Of a DNA stretch of 64,000 nt, positions 32,098 to 43,006 are shown one piece after another (position 1 is the stretch's first letter; each line of letters opens with the position of its first letter). The DNA is taken from contig JAOAGY010000009.1 of assembly GCA_026415505.1 (NCBI GenBank), positions 71,818 through 135,817 of the forward strand, given 5' to 3'. This stretch comes from Chlorobiota bacterium. GTDB lineage: Bacteria; Bacteroidota; Ignavibacteria; Kapaibacteriales; NICIL-2. A program made the translations under genes and the position numbers. Below the pieces are notes generated by a model that did no database searches, had not been told where the DNA came from, and saw nothing but the letters and a program-made list of their open reading frames with translations.

Positions 32098-33387
32098 TCA
32101 GCGAAGAACTTCCCAGTGCAGTTGACGTCGCAGTGTCGCGACGAGCCGTTCGTAGGCTTGTTGCTGCTTGATCGTGAGCGCGAAGTTTTCCAGCTCCTTG
32201 TAATCGGTTTCGAGTGTCGGTTTGTGTGGCGGTATGCTGCGTTTTTTCCAGATGATGTGGAAGCCTTGCTTGGTCGGGTTCGTCGAATACGGGAGCGGCG
32301 ATGTCACCGCCCCATCGGCGAGCGTGTCGAGCAGTTGCTGCAACGTCGGTTCCAAGTTCGATGCAGCGAGTTTGCCGAGGTATCCGCCGAATCCACGAGT
32401 GTCCTGTTCGTCCGAGTACATGCGGGCTGCATCCTCGAAGCCGATTTCTCCGTTGACGATGCGCTGGCGCAATCGCTCAAGGTCAGTGCGAGCACGATCA
32501 CGATCGCTTTCGCCACGTGGAATGCTGACAAGGATATGGTTGACGTGTATCTGATCGAGCGTTCGTTCCAGCATACGCACGATGTGGAAGCCGAATGGTG
32601 TTTCGATCGGCATCGAAATTTCGCCGTTTTGGAGCTTCTTGCACGCCGAACAGAACTCAGGGACAAAATCGTCGCATTTCCGCATACCGAGATCGCCGCA
32701 CGTTGCACGTGTGTTTGCATCGTCCGAATGACGCGCCGCCATGGCACAGAAATCCGCACCTGCCAAGATCGAGTCGCGGATCGATTTGGCACGCAGGAGC
32801 GCTGTTTGACGTGCATCCTGTGCGGGCTGGACATAGCGAACGATGTGATACAGTTCGTACTGCTTGCCGATGACCGGTAGCGAATCCTTGTACCGCTGGT
32901 AGAGTTCTTCGACCTCGCGCGGCGAGACACGGATATCGCCGAGCTTCGACTGGCGGTATCGCTCCGTCAACAGACGCTTGCGAATTTCTTCGCGTCCATC
33001 GCGACGGATTTTCCACATCGGCATCTGATAAATGTTCTCCAATCGCTCCTCTGAGCCAACTTGACTGACGAGCTGTTGAATCGTCGCATCAAGCTGGGCA
33101 GTCACCTCGTCGTCGCTGACGCTAATGCTATCGAGCTGTGCTTGCACGTACATGAGCCGATCGTTGATGAGAGCATCGAGCACACGCTGGCGCACATCGG
33201 GATCGGTCGGTTTGATCGTTGGGTTCTGCTGCGCCAGCAACAACAGTTGTGCATCGACTTCGCTTTTGAGGATCGGCTCGCCCGCAGCAACTGCTTCAAC
33301 GCGGTCGAGCACGTCACCTTCGTGAAGGATGCTCTGCTGTGCCGCCAGCGACACAACCACGACAAGCGCCAGTGCGATTGCTCGCAT
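32098..33387 (-). CDS. surA: SurA-like periplasmic chaperone / parvulin PPIase
   Basis: Signal peptide, LDRVEAV..ILKSEV N-domain, two parvulin domains (ETPFGFHIV, FEDAARMYSDE, QGFHII). Confidence 0.85.
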   Translation of the reverse strand: MRAIALALVVVVSLAAQQSILHEGDVLDRVEAVAAGEPILKSEVDAQLLLLAQQNPTIKPTDPDVRQRVLDALINDRLMYVQAQLDSISVSDDEVTAQLDATIQQLVSQVGSEERLENIYQMPMWKIRRDGREEIRKRLLTERYRQSKLGDIRVSPREVEELYQRYKDSLPVIGKQYELYHIVRYVQPAQDARQTALLRAKSIRDSILAGADFCAMAARHSDDANTRATCGDLGMRKCDDFVPEFCSACKKLQNGEISMPIETPFGFHIVRMLERTLDQIHVNHILVSIPRGESDRDRARTDLERLRQRIVNGEIGFEDAARMYSDEQDTRGFGGYLGKLAASNLEPTLQQLLDTLADGAVTSPLPYSTNPTKQGFHIIWKKRSIPPHKPTLETDYKELENFALTIKQQQAYERLVATLRRQLHWEVLR

Positions 33388-35456
33388 CACGGTCGGAAGA
33401 GTTTGTTGATGGTTGCAGTCTCGTAGCGGACCGGGAAGCGTGTCCGTAACGATGTCAACCACTGCTCGGTCAACTGGCGTTGTTTGATTTCCTGCACAGC
33501 GGAGGCGATGTCGGCAATGGCTTCCTCGAATGTTTTCTGCCTCGGCGGGTAGATCGCATTGACCCGGACGATAGCATATCCTTTCTCGAACGGCAGAGGA
33601 CCGACGATGTCGCCTTCTTTCGGGGTTGACTTGGCAACGAGCGACGCCAACTGCGATGTCCGCACGACAAGCTTGCCCCAGTATCCTTTTTTCTCGCGAT
33701 AGCCGGCACGTTGAGTGAACTCTTCAGCGAGTTTTTCGAAGTCCTCTTTCGTATGTGTTTGCCGCGCACGCTCGGCGACCACTTTTGCGACACTGTCGCT
33801 GAGCAGGTAAATCTCGCTCAGGTCGTAGCTCAACTCGGTCATGTAGCGCGATTTTGTCGAGTCGTAGTATGCTCTGGCAAGCGTCGTATCGAATTTGAGT
33901 TTCGACCAGACCTCCTGATCTTCGACCTTGAACAAAAGTATGCCGTCGCGGAACTCCCGCACAAGCCGCGCGAACTGTGGATACTCATGTTCGAGATTGG
34001 CTGTCAAACGCTCGATGATCATCGGATCGGTAATCTTGTTGAGTGCCGTCGTCAAGCCTTGTCGGTTGAGTGTGTACGGTTCGCGCCGTTTCTTGAGCGA
34101 GTCGGCAAACGCACCGACCGTCAGTCCGCCCGTTGCGCCGAACGAATAGATCACTTCTGTTTTCAACACCGCTCCGATACCGGCATCCCAAGCACTATCG
34201 CGCGTGGTGCGGGAGGGATTGACTGCTGCGAGCACTTGGTCGAGCACATTCTCGCGCAATGCCCAGCCGAGCCGTCGCTTTTCGGCATCGAGGAATGCAC
34301 GTTTGTCGTCTTCGAAATTGTATCGGCGGTATGCCTTCCGAACGTTCTCCCGTTCTTCGACAGGATTGAATGGCTTCGTCGAATCGCGCCGTATCACGTG
34401 GACGCCATAGACCGTTCGCGCAATGCCGATTTCACCATCCCGCAACGAGAAGAGGACGTCTTCGAATTGCGGCAATAGGCGGCGGTTGTCGCCATCGAAC
34501 CCAAGCGATCGACTGTAGAAACCGCCATTGCCGAGCAATCCACCCTTGTCTGCAGAGGACTTGTCGCTCGACCAGCGGCGAGCAGCAGCAGCGAACTCCT
34601 CGGCTGTTTTGCCTTTGAGTGCTGCAGCCAGACTATCAGCCAGATGTTCGATTGCCATCGAGTCGAGCGTCTCCGTCGGGGTCAGCAGAATGTGTCGAAT
34701 GCGTACCAACTCGCGCGGCTTTTTGTCGAGCAGTTTGACGATGAGATACACAAATCGTGTGCGAATCGGTTGCGGATAGACTTGACCCGGCTGGAGCGCA
34801 TATGCTGCATCTTCCAGCTCACGAATGACTCCGGACAGCGCCGTAATGTACGGCAAGATACCGCCATTCTTGCCGGTTTCTTTGTCGTCGGAAGAATCCT
34901 TTGCCACCTGCTCGAAGGATGCGCCGTTTTGCACCACTCGCAAACACGCCAACGCCTTGGCATACGCAGCAGTGGTGTCGGCATTGTCGCCTTGCGGTAT
35001 CGCAATGACGATGACAGCCGGTTTTACTTCGAACTGACGGCGCCGGAGTTCTTCCTCGACCCGTGGCTCGATGATTCGTTTCTCGTAGAGGTACGTCTCG
35101 GCAACCAGACGCCGATTGGCAGCGACTTCAGCGAGAATGCTCGAATCCTTATCGTAACCGCGGCTGATGGCATCGAGCACCTTGAGCCGATAGTTTGTGT
35201 AGAGCCGGAGAAACTCCAACACCGTATCGCGCGGCTGAGAAGACAAGGATTTGTTGCTCCGGTTCGAGTTGCGCAGATATGTCGCTTCGATGTCTTCATA
35301 GGTGACGACTTCCGGACCGACTCGCGCCAGAACTGTCGTCAGCGACGGTGTCGGAAGGGTTTTCTTGGAATTACCGGCACGGTTATGGCGTGCCGGCTGG
35401 GCATCGAGCACGATGACGACCGAACAGAGGGCGAGAACCAACGATACACTGCGCAT
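33387..35456 (-). CDS. Multi-parvulin peptidylprolyl isomerase
   Basis: Signal peptide; FEQVAKDSSDD..GG.L, RHILL, TVYGVHVI, EFRDGILLF; stop overlaps the next ATG. Confidence 0.88.
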   Translation of the reverse strand: MRSVSLVLALCSVVIVLDAQPARHNRAGNSKKTLPTPSLTTVLARVGPEVVTYEDIEATYLRNSNRSNKSLSSQPRDTVLEFLRLYTNYRLKVLDAISRGYDKDSSILAEVAANRRLVAETYLYEKRIIEPRVEEELRRRQFEVKPAVIVIAIPQGDNADTTAAYAKALACLRVVQNGASFEQVAKDSSDDKETGKNGGILPYITALSGVIRELEDAAYALQPGQVYPQPIRTRFVYLIVKLLDKKPRELVRIRHILLTPTETLDSMAIEHLADSLAAALKGKTAEEFAAAARRWSSDKSSADKGGLLGNGGFYSRSLGFDGDNRRLLPQFEDVLFSLRDGEIGIARTVYGVHVIRRDSTKPFNPVEERENVRKAYRRYNFEDDKRAFLDAEKRRLGWALRENVLDQVLAAVNPSRTTRDSAWDAGIGAVLKTEVIYSFGATGGLTVGAFADSLKKRREPYTLNRQGLTTALNKITDPMIIERLTANLEHEYPQFARLVREFRDGILLFKVEDQEVWSKLKFDTTLARAYYDSTKSRYMTELSYDLSEIYLLSDSVAKVVAERARQTHTKEDFEKLAEEFTQRAGYREKKGYWGKLVVRTSQLASLVAKSTPKEGDIVGPLPFEKGYAIVRVNAIYPPRQKTFEEAIADIASAVQEIKQRQLTEQWLTSLRTRFPVRYETATINKLFRP

Positions 35457-35497
35457 GAAATAGCCTACCGATGAGTGAACATTGCATCAACGAATTA

Positions 35498-35505
35498 CAA
35501 AATTA
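35498..35505 (-). promoter_or_regulatory. -7 box TAATTTTG (shares the murC TAA stop) upstream of the PPIases
   Basis: Matches TAnnTTTG about 40 nt before ATG 35456. Confidence 0.5.
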
Positions 35506-36861
35506 GACGCCCCCACCGCCAAGCGCCGGATCGTGCAAATACCGTTCAGCCACTCGAACGATATTTCCAGCCCCCATCGTCAACAGCACATCGCCGGAAC
35601 GCAGCAACGAGCCGATTCGACTGAGTACATCGTCGAACGTCGGCGCATAGATGACAGTGCCGTTCATCGAGCACCGAACGATCGTTTCGCCGCTGATACC
35701 ATCGAGAGGTTGTTCACGAGCGGCATAGACATCGGTGACGATAGCCACATCGGCTCGTTCGAGCTCGTCGGCAAACGCTCTGGCAAAATCGCGGGTGCGG
35801 GTGTAGGTGTGAGGCTGGAACACCGCAACGATCCGACGATCGGGGAATGCCTGACGAGCTGCCTGCAACGTCGCACGCACTTCGGTCGGATGATGCGCAT
35901 AATCGTCCACGACAACGATGCCCGCTCGCTCTCCGAGAATGTGGAACCGACGCGCGACGCCGGTAAAGCTCGACAGCGCGCGCTGCATCGTTTCAAAGGG
36001 GACATCGAGTTCCAAACCGACAGCGATTGCAGCAAGCGCGTTGGCGATGTTGTGCCGACCCGGAATGCGCAGTCGTAACGAACCGAGTCGCTCACCGCGC
36101 CAGACGACATCGGCACCGCTGCTGCTCGGTATCGCCCGCAGATCGCATCCTTCTCCAAATCCGTAGCTGACGATACGGTGCGGCAATCGCGCCGCAACTC
36201 GGCGACAACCGGGATCGTCTCCACAGACGATGACTGTGCCCAGCAACGAAACTCGATTTCCGAACTCGACGAACGCTTCCTCGACGGCATCGGCAGTACC
36301 GTACACGTCCAAGTGCTCAGCTTCGACGTTGGTAATGACAGCAACCGTCGGAGTCAATTGCAGAAAGGAACGATCGTATTCGTCAGCTTCGACGACGAAC
36401 CATTCGCCGGTACCGATACGCGCATTGGAACCACCGAAATCGTGGAGTCTGCCGCCCACGATAACGGTGGGATCGTATCCAGCTTCGATCAGAATCAGTC
36501 CACACAGTGACGTTGTCGTCGTTTTCCCGTGCGTTCCAGCGATCGCGAGCGATTTACCGAGCCGTGTTACGTGCGCCAACAGCTCAGCGCGTCGCAACAA
36601 CGGAATGCCGCGTCGGCGAGCTTCGAGCGTTTCGGGATTTGTCTCCGCAACGACTGCGCTCGAATACACCACAATGTCGGCATCACCGATGTTGTCGGCA
36701 CGATGCCCGATCGTGACCGGGATACCGCGATCGGCGAGCAACCGCGTGTTTTCCGATACCGTCATGTCGGACCCTGTCACGATGAATCCACGCGCGTGGA
36801 CCACTTCAGCCAAACCGCTCATGCCAATGCCGCCGATACCGACGAAGTGAATGTGTTTCAT
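35503..36861 (-). CDS. murC: UDP-N-acetylmuramate--L-alanine ligase
   Basis: HFVGIGGIGMSG, GTHGKTTT, EADEYD, DDYAHHPTE, FQPHTYTRT, MGAGNI. Confidence 0.97.
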   Translation of the reverse strand: MKHIHFVGIGGIGMSGLAEVVHARGFIVTGSDMTVSENTRLLADRGIPVTIGHRADNIGDADIVVYSSAVVAETNPETLEARRRGIPLLRRAELLAHVTRLGKSLAIAGTHGKTTTTSLCGLILIEAGYDPTVIVGGRLHDFGGSNARIGTGEWFVVEADEYDRSFLQLTPTVAVITNVEAEHLDVYGTADAVEEAFVEFGNRVSLLGTVIVCGDDPGCRRVAARLPHRIVSYGFGEGCDLRAIPSSSGADVVWRGERLGSLRLRIPGRHNIANALAAIAVGLELDVPFETMQRALSSFTGVARRFHILGERAGIVVVDDYAHHPTEVRATLQAARQAFPDRRIVAVFQPHTYTRTRDFARAFADELERADVAIVTDVYAAREQPLDGISGETIVRCSMNGTVIYAPTFDDVLSRIGSLLRSGDVLLTMGAGNIVRVAERYLHDPALGGGGV

Positions 36862-36872
36862 GCCGTGTGCAA

Positions 36873-38717
36873 TCAAGAAGTACGACCGAAACGACGATCG
36901 AGCTCGCGCAACGGGAAATGAATCATCACTGGACGTCCGTGCGGGCAAACCTCCGGTGTACGACAACGGAATAACTCGGCAACGAGTTCTTGCATCTGTG
37001 CCGGCGAGAGAGGGTCGCCCGCTTTGATAGCAGCACGACAACCAAACGATGCAGCCAAATTGTCTCGCGCCGATGCTGGTCGGATCGTCTGATACTCGGC
37101 ATATTGATCGAGGATTTCACGGAGCGATTCAGCTTCTTTGCCTGAGGCAATTTCGATCGGTACGGCGGCGATTTCGACCGTCGAGCGCCCTTGCACAAGC
37201 CGACACTCGTAGCCCAACCGATGGAGATCATGCTCGACTTCACGAAAGATCGCCAGTTCGCGTGCCGTCAGTTCCACTTCGACCGGGAACATCAACCGCT
37301 GGGTTCGTTCGGGAGTCGCCCGCTCCATCGCATCGAGCGCGCGTTCATAGAGAATGCGCTCGTGGGCGATGTGTTGATCAATGATGACGATGCCGTCGTC
37401 GGTCTGCACGAAGATGTACTTGTTGTGCATTTGCCACATGCGAGGGAGCACATGAGGCTCTACCGTCCGTTGCTCCAGCTCGTTGGTTACTGGCCGATTG
37501 TACAGCGACGGGAGATGCTCGCTTGTTGCAGTCCGCCACCGCAGCGGTTCAGTCCGGAGCGATTGATTCGACGGCAACCGACTCTGCTTGGTCGCAGGTT
37601 GCTGCAGCGAAACAATCTCCCCCGTCAGCCTGTTGACGAGCAGTGGCTGCGGATTCGTTGCGGACTGTGCAGAAACGAGCGGCGCAACGGACTCAGCCTC
37701 TCGGACTCGAAGGTGCGGGATCAAGTCGTGTTCTCGCATACTGCCGAGCACTGCCTCGAGCATCGCATGGTACATCGCACGCTCGTCGTCGAATTTCACC
37801 TCGTGCTTCTGCGGATGAACGTTGACATCGACTCGCTCTGGATCGAGCCACAGAAACAGCACATAGAACGGGTGGGCTGACTTCTCGATGAGGTGTTCGT
37901 ACCCTTGATAAATCGCATGGTTCAATGCTCGGTTGACGATCGGACGATGATTCAAGAACAGATACTGCGAAGCTTTTGTCGTGCGGGCGAGCGCGGGCAA
38001 TCCGATGTATCCTTCGATGCGGACGAGGTCACTGGTGTAATCCACCGGAACGAGAGACTCGGCGATGTCTGCTCCAAAGAGACTGTCGATCCGTTCGAGC
38101 AACGATTGTGGTTGCACATCGAAGACCATACTATTGCCATCGTGAAACTTCCACGACAGCTCCGGATAGCTCAAGCCGTAGCGAATCATCGTTTCGCTGA
38201 TATAGCGCAGTTCGGTTGTATCGGATCGGAGAAACTTGCGCCGCGCTGGGACGTCGAAAAACAGATTGCGAACGATGACCTGTGTGCCGGCGCTACAGTC
38301 TGCTGGCTCGATTCGGTGGGGCTTCAACGGTTGGCTGATCAAACGCCAACCGTGCTCGTCGTTGGAACGCCGGGTGATAATCTCGACATCAGCAACAGAG
38401 GCAATTGAAGCGAGCGCTTCTCCGCGGAAACCCAGTGTGCGCAGCCTATGAAGGTCGTCGAGCGATCGAATTTTAGATGTCGCGTGCCGGCGAAGCACCA
38501 ACTCCAGATCGGCGCGGCTCATTCCGCAGCCGTTGTCGAGAACATGGACGAGCGCTTTGCCTCCTTCACGCACGAACACTGTTATCGTGCTACTTCCCGC
38601 ATCGAGAGCGTTTTCGACCAGCTCCTTGACGACCGATTCCGGACGCTGGACGACCTCGCCTGCGGCGATTTGATTAGCGATGTGCTCGGGCAAGATGTGA
38701 ATGAGCGGCTCATCCAT
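36873..38717 (-). CDS. mutL: DNA mismatch repair endonuclease MutL
   Basis: NQIAAGEVV, HATSK, GFRGEAL, DVNVHPQK, DQHIAHERILYE, CRAAIK, CPHGRP. Confidence 0.97.
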   Translation of the reverse strand: MDEPLIHILPEHIANQIAAGEVVQRPESVVKELVENALDAGSSTITVFVREGGKALVHVLDNGCGMSRADLELVLRRHATSKIRSLDDLHRLRTLGFRGEALASIASVADVEIITRRSNDEHGWRLISQPLKPHRIEPADCSAGTQVIVRNLFFDVPARRKFLRSDTTELRYISETMIRYGLSYPELSWKFHDGNSMVFDVQPQSLLERIDSLFGADIAESLVPVDYTSDLVRIEGYIGLPALARTTKASQYLFLNHRPIVNRALNHAIYQGYEHLIEKSAHPFYVLFLWLDPERVDVNVHPQKHEVKFDDERAMYHAMLEAVLGSMREHDLIPHLRVREAESVAPLVSAQSATNPQPLLVNRLTGEIVSLQQPATKQSRLPSNQSLRTEPLRWRTATSEHLPSLYNRPVTNELEQRTVEPHVLPRMWQMHNKYIFVQTDDGIVIIDQHIAHERILYERALDAMERATPERTQRLMFPVEVELTARELAIFREVEHDLHRLGYECRLVQGRSTVEIAAVPIEIASGKEAESLREILDQYAEYQTIRPASARDNLAASFGCRAAIKAGDPLSPAQMQELVAELFRCRTPEVCPHGRPVMIHFPLRELDRRFGRTS

Positions 38718-38737
38718 TGAAATCGTCAGCGATACTG

Positions 38738-38745
38738 TAGCTTTG
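38738..38745 (+). promoter_or_regulatory. -7 box TAGCTTTG upstream of the small Cys-rich membrane protein
   Basis: Matches TAnnTTTG in a divergent intergenic region. Confidence 0.5.
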
Positions 38746-38791
38746 AATGGAGTAGCAATCGAAGCGAAAATACACCGATTTCCCGACCTCT

Positions 38792-39175
38792 ATGCTCGAT
38801 TTTTTGACCGATCAACTCTTGCTGAAACGCGGATTCTACGATGAAAGCGGGCGACCACGTCTGACGACTGGGACGATCGTCTTCGGTGCGCTGCTCCGCT
38901 CGTTGGCGGTCATCATTGTGGGATTCGTCGTTTGGCACTATGGCGGCGTCGAACTCTCGATTCCGATCTCGCTGGCATTGCTCTGGGGCTATGCCGTGTA
39001 TCCAGCGTATCGGCAATTTGTCGTGTTCAGCGAAGTATCCGACGTCATCAAAGAAGAAATCCTCTGTAGCAGTTGCCGCCATTTCAACCCCAGCGGACAA
39101 TTCTGCCAGCTTTACGACGAGCACGTTCGCCCCGATCACATTCCCTGCGGGGGCGACGATTGGGAACCGTCATAA
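38792..39175 (+). CDS. Small 2-TM protein with C-terminal four-Cys metal-binding motif
   Basis: Two hydrophobic helices, then CSSCRHF..CQLY..V..PCGGDDW. Confidence 0.75.
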   Translation: MLDFLTDQLLLKRGFYDESGRPRLTTGTIVFGALLRSLAVIIVGFVVWHYGGVELSIPISLALLWGYAVYPAYRQFVVFSEVSDVIKEEILCSSCRHFNPSGQFCQLYDEHVRPDHIPCGGDDWEPS

Positions 39176-40495
39176 CTGCTCGACCGCAGCGAGACGATAC
39201 CGCCCATCGTCGGTGATCTCGAATCTGAAGCGTTTATGGACAGCGTTGGTGTAATACCACGCTTCAGTACCAGCTTTGCCCGGCTCGAGATTCGTTTCGA
39301 CACGCGTCGGTTCACCGAAGAGGATGTACACCTTGCCACGATCGGTGAGGGCACCGTCGGCTTCTCGTGGTGTGGCGAATTTTGTTCGCGCATCGGTTGC
39401 GCGACGGAAATATTCGATCATCGCTTCGTTGTACCGTGTCGCAGGTGTCGGATCGTGCGCAGACCACCATGCGATCAGTGCAGCCGTGCGATCGCTATCA
39501 GGTAGTGCTTGAAGCGTGCGGTACTCATCGTCGGTGAGGACATACTGCATGACATCGAGACCATAACGGCTCGACAACAAAGGCAGCGGTGGCATAAACC
39601 ACTGGACACGAAACGGTATCGTCACTGTATCTGCAGTCGCAGCTCTGATGAGTTGGAGTCGGTAATCCCCCGGAATTGCACGCCGGAGATCGAGATCGCA
39701 CTCGAGAAGACGATACTGGTCGTTCGGCAACTGCTGCAAGCAGACGTGCTCGTCAGCGAGATTCGGTACGACAAGAACAAATCTGCGCTCGCCGTCCGAC
39801 ACAGCAGGAAGTGTCACTACCGTATCGGAACCTCGATAGAACGGGAAATACTGGCGGTCCAAACTACAAACAATTTTCAGTTCGTCGCGACCCGACCATG
39901 CTCGAGGCACAAGCACGAGCGCAGTCGTGCGCCGTGTGCCAAACGGGACAACGCTACCCCACGGTTCGACACAATCGAATCGCTCTTTGGTCGTGGGATA
40001 AACGAACGTAAGAGAGTTGATCGCGATGGATTCAGCCAGAGACTCGACAGTCAGCGTTCGTTGCCAGAGCATACGCTGGCGCTGATACTGCGCGACATCT
40101 ACGCTCAGTGTGTACCGACCGTTGGCAATGGTCACGATAGCTGTATTGGCGACTGCATCCTCTGCCTGGCGGGAAGGTTGTCGTGGGCGGACGATACTAT
40201 CGCTGAAGACACGTGCTAAGCGAACGACTCCCAACGTATCGCGCAGTTCGATCGTCACGACGTACGAAGCGACGTACTCGGTGCGAGCACCTTCGCGTCG
40301 GGTAAAGAACAAATCGCCCGCATACAGTCGGTAGCCAATGATGCAAATGCTCGAATCGGGCGACTGGGCGGGGTAGGCATGGAATATGCCGGTGAGATTG
40401 TTGACCACTGGCAACGCTGCCTGCGCAATCCGACGATCTCTCGGCTGTGCCAAGACAATCGAAGCAATCGCAGTCGTCAACAGTACCCACTTCAT
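39170..40495 (-). CDS. GWxTD domain-containing exported protein
   Basis: Signal peptide; WWSAHDPTPAT..NEAMIEYFRR..A..F..GALTDRGKVYILFGEP..EAWYY. Confidence 0.85.
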   Translation of the reverse strand: MKWVLLTTAIASIVLAQPRDRRIAQAALPVVNNLTGIFHAYPAQSPDSSICIIGYRLYAGDLFFTRREGARTEYVASYVVTIELRDTLGVVRLARVFSDSIVRPRQPSRQAEDAVANTAIVTIANGRYTLSVDVAQYQRQRMLWQRTLTVESLAESIAINSLTFVYPTTKERFDCVEPWGSVVPFGTRRTTALVLVPRAWSGRDELKIVCSLDRQYFPFYRGSDTVVTLPAVSDGERRFVLVVPNLADEHVCLQQLPNDQYRLLECDLDLRRAIPGDYRLQLIRAATADTVTIPFRVQWFMPPLPLLSSRYGLDVMQYVLTDDEYRTLQALPDSDRTAALIAWWSAHDPTPATRYNEAMIEYFRRATDARTKFATPREADGALTDRGKVYILFGEPTRVETNLEPGKAGTEAWYYTNAVHKRFRFEITDDGRYRLAAVEQL

Positions 40496-40956
40496 CCGGC
40501 ATCTTCGAGGAAGTCGCGAAGGATCAGAGCGGCAGCGATCTCGTCGGTGCGTCCCCGACGCAGGCGCTGGCTACGTCGGACTCCGATTTCGACCATCGTC
40601 GCAACAGCACGACGCGACGTGAACGACTCGTCAACGAGCATCACCGGCAGCTCACTGATTCGCTCCAGTCGCTCGGCAAAGTTGTTGATTTCCAGTACCA
40701 GCGGAGAAATCGTCCCATCGTCGCGGAGCGGTACACCGACCAAACAAAAGTGGATGCGCTCGCGATGCAACGCTTCGAGAATGTCGTCCCACAACGTCGG
40801 AGACTGCCGTTGGAATGTCCCTTTCGGTGTTATCGTCACATGGTACTCGTCGCAAATTGCCCAGCCGATGCGTTTGCGTCCGTAGTCGAATGCCGCACCA
40901 CGCCGGCGGTGCACCAATTGACGGAGCGTTCGAGGATCAACGCTCGTGTCGAACAT
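40492..40956 (-). CDS. ruvX: YqgF/RuvX family nuclease
   Basis: FDYGRKRIGWA, VGVP, DESFTS, DEIAAALIL. Confidence 0.92.
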   Translation of the reverse strand: MFDTSVDPRTLRQLVHRRRGAAFDYGRKRIGWAICDEYHVTITPKGTFQRQSPTLWDDILEALHRERIHFCLVGVPLRDDGTISPLVLEINNFAERLERISELPVMLVDESFTSRRAVATMVEIGVRRSQRLRRGRTDEIAAALILRDFLEDAG

Positions 40957-43006
40957 ACAGCGTTCGTGGAAGGTGAAACAGCACGGTGGTACCTCGACCG
41001 AGTTCGGAGCGGACCTCGACCGTACCGCCGTGGAGCGCGATCATTTGTTGCATGATCATCGAGCCGAAACCATGACCTGTGCGGCTGGTCGTAAAAAACG
41101 GCTGCTGAAATCGGCGCAGCGTTTCGACGTCCATACCGCGTCCTGTATCGCGCACACCCACGACGATATCGTTCGCTGTCAACTCTGCCCACAGTTCGAT
41201 CGTTCCGCCGTCGTTGCCGAGAGCTTTGACGGCATTGGTCAACGCATTGTGGAGCGCTCGCGCGATTCGACGGCGATCGAGTCGTACCACCAGCGTCGTA
41301 GGACGAACAACGAGCGAAATCTGTGCATCAGCAATCGGGCGGAGTTCCTCGACGGACTCGCTGAGCACATCCATCAGTGCGCACTCTTCGAGTCGGACCG
41401 AATCGCCTCGACCCAGTGCGAGCAAGTCGCGAACACGATCGAGAAGGATGTTCGTCTGACGGAGAATGCGCTGGAGCGGTCCTCGGCGGTCGTCCGAGAG
41501 CGAGCTTGTGAGTTGCTCTGCAGAGAGTCGGATCGTTGCCAAATTGGTTTGCATGTCGTGCGCCAACTGTGCCCAGTTGAGCAATCGCCAATGCTCGTAC
41601 TGAGCGGTGACGTCGAACACGGACACCAACACGCCCTCGAGTCGGTCGAAATTGTTGACGAGCGGTTCAACATTGACGATGTACCGCCGCTCACCAGCAT
41701 TGGTCTCGGCTGCGACCTCCTCGACGATCGACGTGCGCTCGGCGATCGCCTGCTCGACAACGCGAGCGATTCGTTCCCAGCGACCATCGAGATAATCGCC
41801 GAGCAAGCGCCCCAGCGGAGCGCTCGGCTGTATATCGAAGAGTTGCCGTGCCATCGTGTTGAGACGCTGGAGCCGCATTCCCCGATCCAACAATAGCAAG
41901 GCAGCACCCGCACTTCGCTCGAGCAACGTGCCGAGCAATCTGCGATGCCGACCGATCCGGCGAAGGACAATGCCGAGTACAATCGCGACAGCAAGCCCGA
42001 TCGCGATCCGATACACGACCGGTATGCTCTGCTCCAACCACCACATCGGGTTCGACGCCACAACGATCGAAAGCGCTCCATCATCGCCACCGACGACAAT
42101 TTTATCGGCTCGACGGAATGCCCAACGAATCGTTCGCGGCAACCCGATCGTCGTCCCACCGTGGACAGCGAGCACCTGCTGCGGTGTCGCCAGTACTACT
42201 CCGCTGCGGAAAAGTGCCACTGCTGTATCACCGACCAGCACGAGTGCCTGTGGTTCGTAAAGTGCCGACGGCATCAAAAGAGTCTGTGCAACGACTGCCT
42301 CGCCGCGTTCGTTTCGGGTGTACCATTCGATAGCATATCCCGACCGTGTCGCGACAATCGTGGCGGCTCGGTGGGCATCGGCAACAGCGTATTCGAGACG
42401 ACCCGGCACAAAAGTCGAGAATTGTTTTCGCGCAGTAGGTACGTGGATTCCTTCCCATACCATCAGCTGCGGTGCGAGCGATATCAACATGGTGACCACA
42501 CTATCGGGCACCGATGCGATAGATTTTGCAGCGGTGCGGAGTCCGATTTTCCCGAGCGTGAATACGCTAAGCGTAGCAGCATCGAGAATGAGAGCGTCGC
42601 CATCGTCCGCAATCCACAAACAACGGCTGCCGTCTGTCGCAGCAATGAATCTGCCATTGCGTCCGACGTGAACGCCGAGAGTATCGAATCGCTTTGCATG
42701 TCTCCAGCAAAGAAAACACGTCGAATCCCCGCTGCCGATCGCCAGGACGTAACCGACAGCCGTCGGGAAAGCATCGAGTATCGGAGCAGTGATCGTTAGC
42801 CTGTGGCTCGTTGTGCCAGCAACAACAATCACAGCCGAGCGTGATCGGTCGAGCCCGACAACAGCAGCGTTGTCCGGTCCTATCGTTACTGCACCGAGTG
42901 TGTCGGGAAGTCGAGCGACGCTCAGCGACAGCCGATACCGCGACTGCTCAGCAGGGATGCAGCCACAGAGACACAGAACGACTGCAATCGCCCAGCACAC
43001 TTTCAT
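40937..43006 (-). CDS. Sensor histidine kinase (lipobox, large periplasmic domain, one TM, PAS, HisKA, HATPase)
   Basis: LCGC lipobox; H-box LAHDMQTNL; N-box NALTNAVKA; DTGRGM, PFFTT, GHGFGS. Confidence 0.88.
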   Translation of the reverse strand: MKVCWAIAVVLCLCGCIPAEQSRYRLSLSVARLPDTLGAVTIGPDNAAVVGLDRSRSAVIVVAGTTSHRLTITAPILDAFPTAVGYVLAIGSGDSTCFLCWRHAKRFDTLGVHVGRNGRFIAATDGSRCLWIADDGDALILDAATLSVFTLGKIGLRTAAKSIASVPDSVVTMLISLAPQLMVWEGIHVPTARKQFSTFVPGRLEYAVADAHRAATIVATRSGYAIEWYTRNERGEAVVAQTLLMPSALYEPQALVLVGDTAVALFRSGVVLATPQQVLAVHGGTTIGLPRTIRWAFRRADKIVVGGDDGALSIVVASNPMWWLEQSIPVVYRIAIGLAVAIVLGIVLRRIGRHRRLLGTLLERSAGAALLLLDRGMRLQRLNTMARQLFDIQPSAPLGRLLGDYLDGRWERIARVVEQAIAERTSIVEEVAAETNAGERRYIVNVEPLVNNFDRLEGVLVSVFDVTAQYEHWRLLNWAQLAHDMQTNLATIRLSAEQLTSSLSDDRRGPLQRILRQTNILLDRVRDLLALGRGDSVRLEECALMDVLSESVEELRPIADAQISLVVRPTTLVVRLDRRRIARALHNALTNAVKALGNDGGTIELWAELTANDIVVGVRDTGRGMDVETLRRFQQPFFTTSRTGHGFGSMIMQQMIALHGGTVEVRSELGRGTTVLFHLPRTLYVRHER

